The position numbers were made by a program, and so were the translations under genes. Positions 9,325 through 17,634 of a stretch of DNA of 42,640 nt are shown here, piece after piece (positions within the stretch are counted from its first letter, which is position 1; each line of letters starts with the position of its first letter). The stretch lies in the sequence record SRR2962707_3069. One strand, given 5' to 3'. The notes under the pieces were generated by a model. It did no database searches. It saw nothing but the letters and a program-made list of their open reading frames with translations, and had not been told where the DNA came from.

Positions 9325-10296
9325 TTAGAAAACGTAAGTTACACCAACAACTTGTGCACTATAATCATTGCGTGAAGTTGCATTACCATCATCATCATCT
9401 TCACCGCTACGACCAAAACGACCTGCTTCAGCATATACATACATACTAGAGTTGATGCTGTAAGTCACACCAACAGCAAATTGGTTGTAATCATTTAGAT
9501 CTGAATCATCCATGTCAACATTTGTGTAAGAACCGTACACATCACCCATGCCATAACCGTAACGAGCCGCTAAACCAAGGTAGTCAGCATAATCTTCTGT
9601 AGTCTCGTATTTAGCCGTGATAGAAAGGTTGTCCATTGGCGTAACCGTTACCGCAAGACCAGTAGTGGATTTTGTATCTGATGCCGCAGTGTTATCGCGA
9701 GAGTCGTAACCCAAAGCAACAGACACTAGATCGTTAGAGTATTTCAATACAGCCATAGGCGCATTGCCACTAAACTGTCCATCATCAGCACCAGAATCAT
9801 CATCTGTACCTTTAGTTTGTACCGCTACCTGAACCTCAAATCCACTCATAGAAGGCGAGAAATAAGAGATTGTATCACCTTCAGATGATCCTTTTGCACT
9901 ATCAATACCCATGTATTCAAACTGATCTACCGCATCTTGAATGGCGTTGTTGTAGATAGTATCGTGCGTACCAACAGTGACCTTACCGAAGTTACCTTTT
10001 AAACCAACATAAGCTTGGTCAAGGCCGAGACTATCATCCCCATCTTTCTCATCTGCATCAGCTTCTAACTCATATTTGAAGAAAGCAGTCATATCGTCGG
10101 AGACTTTAGACTCACCTTTTACACCCAATGTAGAGCCGTTATCTTTAAAATCAGTACCTTCTCCATGAGCATCTGAGTTAGAAAATGCGTATTGGATGTT
10201 ACCGTAGAAGTCGATAGACGTGTCTTCTGCAGCATAAGCAGAGACAGAGGCAAGAGCAGCGCTAGATACTGCAAGAGCGACAATTGATTTTTTCAT
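9325..10296 (-). CDS. Gram-negative general diffusion porin
   Basis: Signal peptide, FYGNI first strand, DQAYVGLKGNFGKVTVG motif, C-terminal VGVTYVF, acidic loops. Confidence 0.92.
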   Translation of the reverse strand: MKKSIVALAVSSAALASVSAYAAEDTSIDFYGNIQYAFSNSDAHGEGTDFKDNGSTLGVKGESKVSDDMTAFFKYELEADADEKDGDDSLGLDQAYVGLKGNFGKVTVGTHDTIYNNAIQDAVDQFEYMGIDSAKGSSEGDTISYFSPSMSGFEVQVAVQTKGTDDDSGADDGQFSGNAPMAVLKYSNDLVSVALGYDSRDNTAASDTKSTTGLAVTVTPMDNLSITAKYETTEDYADYLGLAARYGYGMGDVYGSYTNVDMDDSDLNDYNQFAVGVTYSINSSMYVYAEAGRFGRSGEDDDDGNATSRNDYSAQVVGVTYVF

Positions 10297-10439
10297 TCTC
10301 GTTTCCCTTATAGATGATGTATTGCGTTCTTTTTATGAGCGCTTGATATGTGCAAGCAACAATCAAACAATCTAAACATTCTCACGAAATAGGCAACAAC
10401 AAGTCAGCGACTTGCACAATTTATCCCTATTTCGTAATT

Positions 10440-10467
10440 ATTATATGCATGATTAATAAAAAAACAA
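10440..10467 (-). promoter_or_regulatory. Putative sigma70 promoter of the porin gene
   Basis: TTGTTT-N16-TATAAT on the minus strand with AT-rich upstream sequence. Confidence 0.55.
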
Positions 10468-10592
10468 AAGATTTTTCTCGAATTAATACAATTGCAATAA
10501 AAATCAGCTATTTGTAATCATTTTTTGCACAATAATAGGGAGCATAACTCGACTTAACAAGGAGATCTAGCAAAAAATAAGAAAGGAGTGTG

Positions 10593-10685
10593 ATGGCAAA
10601 AAAATACGCTTTGTACTATGGGCCTTCCATAAATGGAGGGAAAGAGCTGTGTCATGAGACTCGCGGTAGTGTCGAAAGGCAATGA
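10593..10685 (+). CDS. Candidate 30-aa small protein MAKKYALYYGPSINGGKELCHETRGSVERQ
   Basis: AAGGAG 4 nt before ATG GCA AAA AAA; no recognisable homology. Confidence 0.2.
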   Translation: MAKKYALYYGPSINGGKELCHETRGSVERQ

Positions 10686-10748
10686 GAGGGCGTTATAGGG
10701 CACAGACGCTGCGGCGTTCTTTACCACAAGCGTCGTGAAAAAAACTGA

Positions 10749-11300
10749 CTACCACATAAGGTCATCAGGGATCTGAAAGTCTGCGTAAGGATCTTCTTCA
10801 TCCTCCACTCTTTCAGTGCGACTATTGCAAACAAGAATAAAACTCTCATCTCTTTCAATAATCTTGAGCGCAACAGGCTCAGGGATAAGCTCATAGGCCG
10901 CTTCTAGCTTAGCAATAGCCAAGCGTCCCTTAGTTAGATCCTCGTGCATCTCCGAGCTTACATAGAGCTTCTTAACCTTTTTCTCATCGGTAAAGTGATA
11001 AGCGATGTCACCATCTTGTTTGCGCACTCTATTCTGGGAGATCATTTGGCGAATCTGCCCTTGCACCGCTTTTAACTCAAGTTCTTTCTGTTTTTCTAAA
11101 TTAAGCAAACGGTCTTTTGCGATTTTCTCTTCACGCTGCGCCTTTAGCTCAGCTTGGCGTCCACTGTCATCTTCAGCAACCGCTTTGCCTTTTTTAACTT
11201 TTTGCTTGTGCTGCAACTGTTCTGCTTTTAGCTTTTTGGCTTTCTTTTTATCAACGAGCCCCGCTCCCAAAAGCTGCTCTTGCAATGATTTAGCCGCCAT
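10749..11300 (-). CDS. DUF2058 / YaiL family protein
   Basis: SLQEQLLGAGLVDKKK start and DPYADFQIPDDLMW end. Confidence 0.9.
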   Translation of the reverse strand: MAAKSLQEQLLGAGLVDKKKAKKLKAEQLQHKQKVKKGKAVAEDDSGRQAELKAQREEKIAKDRLLNLEKQKELELKAVQGQIRQMISQNRVRKQDGDIAYHFTDEKKVKKLYVSSEMHEDLTKGRLAIAKLEAAYELIPEPVALKIIERDESFILVCNSRTERVEDEEDPYADFQIPDDLMW

Positions 11301-11407
11301 TAGATCACCCTCTGCTCTATCTTCAGCACTCTACTGAGCACCAGGTTAAACGAAATAATACATCACCGCTCAACATAGGCTGGCGATATTTCACTTAGTA
11401 TAAAAAC

Positions 11408-11435
11408 AAAAAAAGCGACTTAAAAGTCGCTTTTT
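11408..11435 (-). terminator. Intrinsic terminator of the second csp gene
   Basis: A-tract, GCGACTT/AAGTCGC stem, T-tract. Confidence 0.85.
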
Positions 11436-11473
11436 AGCATTCGCACTGCTGAGGTTACCTCAGCAACGTTTCC

Positions 11474-11683
11474 TTATAAAGGAGTAACGTTTTGAGCTTC
11501 AGGGCCTTTTTTGCCTTGAGCTACTTGGAATTCAACTTTTTGGCCTTCAGCCAAAGTTTTGAAACCAGAAGTGTTGATTGCAGAGAAGTGAACAAAAACA
11601 TCAGGACCTGAATCCTGAGTAATGAAACCGAAACCTTTAGTTTCGTTGAAGAACTTTACTGTACCAGTTACTACGTCAGACAT
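11474..11683 (-). CDS. Cold-shock protein (CspA family), 69 aa
   Basis: KGFGFI and VFVHFSAI motifs; AGGA RBS. Confidence 0.96.
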   Translation of the reverse strand: MSDVVTGTVKFFNETKGFGFITQDSGPDVFVHFSAINTSGFKTLAEGQKVEFQVAQGKKGPEAQNVTPL

Positions 11684-11848
11684 GTCTGTTTTTCCTGTAG
11701 GTAAGTTAATTTACACGCAGATGTCATCATCATGCGTTGTTGTGCTAAAAAAACTCGGTATTACTTATGACTTAACAGGACCGAACATACTTGACGTAGT
11801 ATTCGCAACTCTGGACATAAATATTGCCAACTCTTTTAAACGAAACTG

Positions 11849-11878
11849 ATTGTAGACTGCTTCTTGTCGCCGGGTCAA
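11849..11878 (-). promoter_or_regulatory. Putative sigma70 promoter of the second csp gene
   Basis: TTGACC-N18-TACAAT on the minus strand. Confidence 0.65.
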
Positions 11879-12032
11879 TCAAGTTTTCATAAAAATTAAT
11901 TGGTAAAGCCAAGAAGAAAAATTATCTTGAGTCAAATCAACACTCTATATAAAAACAACGATCAAAATAGTTTTTTCTTCGCGGCCCATAGTATGCTTTT
12001 TGAACGACCAGAATAAACCATTGGAGCAAGAA

Positions 12033-13031
12033 ATGATGAAAGTGGCTGTTTTTTCATGCAAACCTTATGACCAAAGAACCCTATCTAAGGCCGTTGCTGA
12101 AACCCCTTCGATTGAATTGAGCTATTTCGAAAGCCGACTCAGCTCAGAAACCATGACATTAACGAACGGCTTTGATGCTGTCTCTTGCTTCGTTAACGAC
12201 AATATCGACCGACACGTAATCCAATACTTAGCGGATCACGGCATTACAGCGATCGCTTTGCGTTGCGCCGGCTTTAATAACGTAGACCTGTCTGCTGCAA
12301 AAGCGGCAAACATAAAGGTCTACCACGTACCAGATTACAGCCCCACTTCCGTGGCTGAACATGCCGTCGCTCTCATCATGACTTTAAACAGAAAAACCCA
12401 TCGCGCTTACCATAGAGTCAAAGAAGGGAACTTTGCTCTGGAAGGGTTACTGGGGTTTAACGTGCAAAGCAGGACGGTAGGCTGCATTGGTACAGGGCGC
12501 ATAGGCCAAGCTTTTTGTCGCATTATGAGGGGCTTTGGTTGTCGCGTCCTCTGCTACGACATTTCCCCTAATAACGATCTTGTTGATATTGGATGCGAAT
12601 ACACAGATTTAGAAACCCTGTATTCAGACAGCGACATTCTTAGCTTGCACTGCCCTCTCAACGCGTCCACCCACCACCTAATCAATAAAAACAGCCTATC
12701 TAAAATGAAAGATGGGGTGATGATCATCAACACCAGTCGCGGCGCTTTAGTCAATGCACAAGAAGCCATAGACGCTCTTTACACAGGAAAAATCGGCTAT
12801 TTAGGATTAGACGTCTACGAGCAAGAAAATTCGATTTTCTTTGAAGACATGTCATCACACATTATTCAGGACAGTGTTTTTCAGCTCATGCTGACCTTCC
12901 CCAATGTGGTGGTTACAGGTCATCAGGGCTACTTTACTCAAGAGGCACTCGATCACATCGCCACCACAACATTGGACAACCTAATCGCCCATGCAGAAGA
13001 AAAACCCTGCTTACGATTATTAAATCCTTAA
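12033..13031 (+). CDS. ldhA: NAD-dependent D-lactate dehydrogenase (D-2-hydroxyacid dehydrogenase)
   Basis: LRCAGFNNVD, GTGRIG, INTSRG, GLDVYEQE and TGHQ motifs. Start at ATG 12033/12036 after GGAG. Confidence 0.9.
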   Translation: MMKVAVFSCKPYDQRTLSKAVAETPSIELSYFESRLSSETMTLTNGFDAVSCFVNDNIDRHVIQYLADHGITAIALRCAGFNNVDLSAAKAANIKVYHVPDYSPTSVAEHAVALIMTLNRKTHRAYHRVKEGNFALEGLLGFNVQSRTVGCIGTGRIGQAFCRIMRGFGCRVLCYDISPNNDLVDIGCEYTDLETLYSDSDILSLHCPLNASTHHLINKNSLSKMKDGVMIINTSRGALVNAQEAIDALYTGKIGYLGLDVYEQENSIFFEDMSSHIIQDSVFQLMLTFPNVVVTGHQGYFTQEALDHIATTTLDNLIAHAEEKPCLRLLNP

Positions 13032-13072
13032 ATGGCTACTCATTAAAATCCAAATGCGGATACAATGAGCTC

Positions 13073-13951
13073 ATGAGAATCACCTTAAGACAATTACAAA
13101 TATTTGAAGCCGTTGTTCACACTGGCTCCGTCACCGCCGCTGCCGATATGGTTGCCATTAGTCAGCCGGCGGCAAGCCAAGCGTTACGAGAATTAGAAGC
13201 CTTACTAGGCCAACCTCTTTTTCGGCGCCACGGTAAACGCTTGCAAATTACTCCCCAAGCTCGGCATTTATTGCCCCAAGCTCGCGCGGTGTTAAGCCAA
13301 ATAGAACAGATAGAAAGCATGGGAAGCGATGACGAGCTTAGCGGTTCACTCCATATTGCTGCCAGCGTCAGTGTTGGCAACTATCTACTTCCTGAACAGA
13401 TGTCGGTGTTTAAGCAAAAGCACCCTAATATTCGCTTCAACCTCGACATTGGCAATACCCAACACGTCATTCAGCAGCTCCTCACAGGCAAAGCAGAAGT
13501 CGGCTTTATTGAAGGCTATTGCCAGCACGCAGAGTTGATGACCAAGGTATGGCTGAAAGATGAATTAGTGGTGTTTGGCTCTACCCAAGAAAACCGACCG
13601 GAAAACTTATCCTGGGATGATCTGCAAAAGGCAGATTGGGTAATGCGAGAAGTCGGCTCAGGAACCAGAAACATACTTGAGCAAGCAATGGGAAAAAACA
13701 TCACCCAACTTAACGTGGTGTTATCACTGGCCCATATGGAAGCCGTTAAACAAGCGGTCATTCATAAAATGGGGCTTGGCTGCTTATCTCGCATGGCGCT
13801 TTCTCAGGAACTAAGTTCAGGCCTAATCAGGCTTTATGAGACGCCTCTTGAGTTGACACGAAACCTTTTAATAGTAACCCCAAAGAACACCACCCTCACC
13901 AAAAATGCTCAAGGCTTCTTTGATCAATGCTATGCACTTCCCTCTTTATAG
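13073..13951 (+). CDS. LysR family regulator (YeiE/CysL-like)
   Basis: ITLRQL..SQPAASQAL HTH, GNYLLP and MREVGSGTR motifs. Confidence 0.9.
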   Translation: MRITLRQLQIFEAVVHTGSVTAAADMVAISQPAASQALRELEALLGQPLFRRHGKRLQITPQARHLLPQARAVLSQIEQIESMGSDDELSGSLHIAASVSVGNYLLPEQMSVFKQKHPNIRFNLDIGNTQHVIQQLLTGKAEVGFIEGYCQHAELMTKVWLKDELVVFGSTQENRPENLSWDDLQKADWVMREVGSGTRNILEQAMGKNITQLNVVLSLAHMEAVKQAVIHKMGLGCLSRMALSQELSSGLIRLYETPLELTRNLLIVTPKNTTLTKNAQGFFDQCYALPSL

Positions 13952-13959
13952 AGCAGCCA

Positions 13960-13999
13960 AAAAGAAAAACAATACGCTGAGTGCTTAGCCCATCTCAGC
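13960..13999 (-). terminator. Possible terminator of the GFA gene
   Basis: GCTGAG/CTCAGC stem followed on the minus strand by GTATTGTTTTTCTTTT. Confidence 0.45.
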
Positions 14000-14392
14000 T
14001 TATTTTAATGCAGGGTACTGCAACAGATCGTCGCTGATATCGTACCAATCGGGTTTACTCGAAACAAACAAGTGATGGTCTGGCGCTAAATTCGGCTCAT
14101 CATCCAGTACGCCTAACGAAATTTCAATGTGGTTAGGGAAGTCTTTATGGTAATAATAAATTGGACTGCCACAGTCTTTGCAGAATCCCCGTCTGACACG
14201 TTCAGATGACGCAAAACGGCGAACTCTTTTTTTCGTCGATATCCACTCAACATCCTTTTTCAAACAGGTGCCGTAAGCGGCGCCAGTGCCTGCGTGCGTT
14301 TTACGACACTGGGTGCAATGACAAATACTTGCACTGATAAAAGGAGAGGTCACTCTGAACACAACAGAACCACATAAGCAGGAAGCTTTCAT
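14000..14392 (-). CDS. GFA (glutathione-dependent formaldehyde-activating / CENP-V) family Zn protein
   Basis: SCLCG, CHCTQCRK and FCKDCGS motifs. Start moved to ATG 14392/14395 after GAGG. Confidence 0.9.
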   Translation of the reverse strand: MKASCLCGSVVFRVTSPFISASICHCTQCRKTHAGTGAAYGTCLKKDVEWISTKKRVRRFASSERVRRGFCKDCGSPIYYYHKDFPNHIEISLGVLDDEPNLAPDHHLFVSSKPDWYDISDDLLQYPALK

Positions 14393-14500
14393 CATTACCT
14401 CATTAAAAGCCATGTAGACACACAAGAAACTCTGGCTGAAAGGAAAAGCATCTAGCGTAAAGTAACCGCATGCATTCCTAAGGCCTTATCGAGCCGCTGT

Positions 14501-14529
14501 ATTATGCCAGAAGCTGCCAAACCGACCAA
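14501..14529 (-). promoter_or_regulatory. Putative sigma70 promoter of the GFA gene
   Basis: TTGGTC-N17-CATAAT on the minus strand. Confidence 0.45.
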
Positions 14530-14658
14530 GCGACGACCTTGGCTTTTTACTGTCATGTGAAAAAGTTCAGAGAAAAAGCAATACTCGGTTGTACTTTGTA
14601 ACAAGGTCAATACAATCAATTCACTAAAGCAATAAAACAGCTGGCTACCATAACAAAG

Positions 14659-15606
14659 ATGAATATAAACAAAATAGATCTGAATCTACTCATTTATTTA
14701 GATGTCTTGCTACGAGAATGCAATGTCACACGGTCTGCAAGCAAATTAAACATCACCCAACCAGCCATGAGCAATGGATTAAAACGGTTGAGAGATTTGC
14801 TAAACGACCCACTCCTCGTTCGAACCAGCGAAGGCATGAAACCCACTGAAAAAGCACTTCGCCTGCAACCTGTGGTAAGAAAGGTCTTGCTTGAGCTCGA
14901 AGAAGCACTGCAGCCAGAAGCCGACTTTAACGAGCGCACCAGTACACGTGTGTTTCGAATTATGGCCAGCGATTATGCCGCCTCAACGGTTATCCCAAGG
15001 CTGTTAAATCGATTACGAGAAAATGCCCCAGGAATCACCCTAGACATAATGACACCGAGCGATGTGACTTTTCATGATGTGGAGGCAGGAAGGATTGACA
15101 TGGCCATCAATCGCTTTGAAGAGCTTCCTCAATCATTCCATCAAAAAAGCATTTGGCTAGACGACTTTGTCTGCATGATGAGCTCCGACAACCCTCTCAG
15201 GCACAACTTCAATTTAGAAAGTTATTTGCAGTCGCAACATATCTGGGTGAGTAAAACAGGGTTTGGGGTTGGCGTCGGGATGGACCCAAATGACGTACAA
15301 AAACTAGGCTGGGTAGACGAAGCATTACAAAGCATTGATAAAACACGCAGCATTCGAGTGTTTACCAGAAGCTACCATACGGCAATGCACCTTGCCCTTG
15401 AGCAAGACCTGATTGCGACCTTGCCAAGAAAAGTCGCCATGATCAATCGCAACAATCCAGACCTTGCGATTATTGAGCCACCATTTGTCATCCCTAAAAT
15501 AGAACTCAAAATGATCTGGAGCTCTTTGCTACACCATGACGCCAGCCATATCTGGTTCAGAAGACAAGTGATTGAGCTTGCCAATGAATTAAAAAAACAA
15601 ATTTAG
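14659..15606 (+). CDS. LysR family regulator (NodD/LeuO-like clade)
   Basis: IDLNLL..ITQPAMSNGLKRLR..DPLLVR HTH. Confidence 0.92.
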   Translation: MNINKIDLNLLIYLDVLLRECNVTRSASKLNITQPAMSNGLKRLRDLLNDPLLVRTSEGMKPTEKALRLQPVVRKVLLELEEALQPEADFNERTSTRVFRIMASDYAASTVIPRLLNRLRENAPGITLDIMTPSDVTFHDVEAGRIDMAINRFEELPQSFHQKSIWLDDFVCMMSSDNPLRHNFNLESYLQSQHIWVSKTGFGVGVGMDPNDVQKLGWVDEALQSIDKTRSIRVFTRSYHTAMHLALEQDLIATLPRKVAMINRNNPDLAIIEPPFVIPKIELKMIWSSLLHHDASHIWFRRQVIELANELKKQI

Positions 15607-15619
15607 CATGGAAGCAACT

Positions 15620-16012
15620 ATGTTTGCGGTTTCTCACCTTCATCACGTGGCCATCATTTGCTCCAACTACTCGGTCTCTAAACGCTTTTATCACGACATT
15701 TTAGGTTTCGAGATTCTTCGAGAAACCTATAGAGAAGAACGTCAGTCTTTTAAATTAGATTTAAAAGTCAGTGAATTCGAACAAATAGAGCTTTTCTCAT
15801 TTCCTAACCCGCCAAAGCGACCTTCTCGCCCTGAAGCTCAAGGCCTAAGACACCTCGCTTTTGCCGTTGCCGATCTAGATGCTTGTATCAATCATCTTAA
15901 GGAACACAAGATCGCGGTGGAAGAAATTCGCGTTGATCACCTCACCGGGCGACGCTTTACTTTTTTTGCCGACCCAGATGGCTTACCACTAGAACTGTAC
16001 GAAATAGAATAA
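15620..16012 (+). CDS. VOC/glyoxalase family protein (YaeR-like)
   Basis: HHVAIICS, IELFSFP..RPSRPEA.GLRHLAF and DPDGLPLELYE motifs. Start is 15608 or 15620. Confidence 0.9.
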   Translation: MFAVSHLHHVAIICSNYSVSKRFYHDILGFEILRETYREERQSFKLDLKVSEFEQIELFSFPNPPKRPSRPEAQGLRHLAFAVADLDACINHLKEHKIAVEEIRVDHLTGRRFTFFADPDGLPLELYEIE

Positions 16013-16033
16013 GACAGGCCGAACCATAGACAT

Positions 16034-16068
16034 AAAAAAAGCACACATCAGAAACGGATGTGTGCTTT
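16034..16068. terminator. Bidirectional terminator between the VOC gene and grxD
   Basis: A-tract, GCACACATC/GATGTGTGC stem, TTT. Confidence 0.8.
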
Positions 16069-16090
16069 GCGTCTAACTCAAGGCTATGGC

Positions 16091-16420
16091 TTACTCTTCT
16101 GTAGAGCCAACCGCCTCTTTAATCAAAGTTTGTAATTCACCATTCGACGCCATTTCTACAATGATGTCACAACCACCAACCAACTCGCCTTTTACCCATA
16201 ATTGTGGGAATGTTGGCCAGTTCGCAAACTTTGGCAATTCCGCGCGAATGTCTGGATTGTCTAAGATATTAACAAACGCAAAACGCTCACCACAGCTCAT
16301 CAAGGCTTGCACTGCCTGTGATGAAAAACCACATTGTGGTGCACGAGGATTACCCTTCATATATAGAAGAATGTCGTTGCTCTCAATCTGCTCTTTAATC
16401 GTATCAATTGTATTGCTCAT
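16091..16420 (-). CDS. grxD: Monothiol glutaredoxin Grx4
   Basis: CGFS active site, WPTFPQL, GGCD. Confidence 0.96.
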   Translation of the reverse strand: MSNTIDTIKEQIESNDILLYMKGNPRAPQCGFSSQAVQALMSCGERFAFVNILDNPDIRAELPKFANWPTFPQLWVKGELVGGCDIIVEMASNGELQTLIKEAVGSTEE

Positions 16421-16640
16421 TATAAAACCTCATTCACCTTGTTTCTTCGTAACACCATCAAAAGCAGTATCACGCCAAAATACATTAACTTGTCCAAGTT
16501 TATTGGGACTCGCCTAGTGTTTACAACCCCAAGACAGTGGTTTCCTTTGTTCTTTCTAATGCGAATTGCCCTTTACTCACCTACCTGAGTGTATTAAATT
16601 GGACGATTCCCCTTTTAAAAAGACAATTAAGGAGTTTAGC

Positions 16641-17546
16641 GTGTCGCCAAGGCATTTTCTTACTCTCAAAGACCTTTCGTCTGCAGAGTTAAAACAGCTA
16701 CTATCTCGAGCTTCAGAGCTTAAGAAAATTCATCGTGAAGGCGCACTCTACGAACCGCTTAAAAACCGCGTATTAGGGATGATTTTCGAAAAGTCCTCGA
16801 CGCGAACTCGCGTATCATTTGAATCAGGTATGGCTCAGTTTGGTGGACATGCTTTGTTTCTATCCTCCAGAGACACACAACTAGGTCGCGGCGAACCCGT
16901 GGAAGACAGCGCTCGTGTTATCTCCAGCATGGTTGATGCTGTGATGATTCGTACTTTTGAGCACAGCCTTGTCGAAACCTTTGCTCAGTATTCTTCTGTG
17001 CCTGTGATAAACGCACTAACAGACGATTACCACCCTTGCCAACTGCTTGCTGACATGCAGACTTACCAAGAACACCGTGGCTCAATTGAAGGTAAAAAAG
17101 TTGTCTGGGTGGGCGATGGCAACAATATGTGTAACTCTTACATCAATGCCGCGTCTCTGCTGGATTTCCAATTGGTTATCGCCTGTCCTAAAGGTTACGA
17201 GCCTAATCCTGAACTGGTCGCAGAGCACCAAGATCGAGTTACCGTATTGCACGATGCAAAAGACGCAGCAAAAGGGGCAGACCTGATTGTGACGGACGTA
17301 TTCGCCTCTATGGGACAAGAAGACGAACAAGAGCAAAGACTCAAAGATTTTGACGGCTTCCAAGTGAATACTGATCTTATGTCTTTAGCCAACAAAGACG
17401 CTTTATTCATGCACTGCCTTCCTGCTCACCGAGGTGAAGAAGTCTCTGCTGAAGTGTTAGATCATCCAGACTCGGTTGTGTGGGACGAAGCTGAAAACCG
17501 TCTTCATGCTCAAAAAGCCCTACTCGAATTTCTATTGTGTAATTAA
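16641..17546 (+). CDS. argF: Ornithine carbamoyltransferase
   Basis: SSTRTR, HPCQ, SMG and HCLP motifs. Start at GTG 16641 after TAAGGAG. Confidence 0.96.
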   Translation: MSPRHFLTLKDLSSAELKQLLSRASELKKIHREGALYEPLKNRVLGMIFEKSSTRTRVSFESGMAQFGGHALFLSSRDTQLGRGEPVEDSARVISSMVDAVMIRTFEHSLVETFAQYSSVPVINALTDDYHPCQLLADMQTYQEHRGSIEGKKVVWVGDGNNMCNSYINAASLLDFQLVIACPKGYEPNPELVAEHQDRVTVLHDAKDAAKGADLIVTDVFASMGQEDEQEQRLKDFDGFQVNTDLMSLANKDALFMHCLPAHRGEEVSAEVLDHPDSVVWDEAENRLHAQKALLEFLLCN

Positions 17547-17557
17547 TCACAACACCG

Positions 17558-17594
17558 AAACCCATGAGACGTTTTTCGCCCATGGGTTTTTTTT
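17558..17594 (+). terminator. Intrinsic terminator after argF
   Basis: AAACCCATG/CATGGGTTT stem followed by a long T-run. Confidence 0.8.
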
Positions 17595-17605
17595 CTGTTA
17601 TTCAC

Positions 17606-17618
17606 TGAATCACATTCA
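17606..17618. promoter_or_regulatory. MetR box upstream of metR
   Basis: Exact TGAA-N5-TTCA (TGAATCACATTCA) ending 16 nt before the metR ATG. Confidence 0.7.
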
Positions 17619-17634
17619 CTTACTGTAAGTTATT

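Noticed and set aside
10655..10735. c-di-GMP-I riboswitch suggested by the GAAA tetraloop
   Set aside because: The characteristic GCAAA and GACGCAAAG elements are missing, and there is no downstream gene on that strand.
16421..16640. ARG box upstream of argF
   Set aside because: No convincing TGAAT..ATTCA or TGTCGC-N8-AA match in the spacer.
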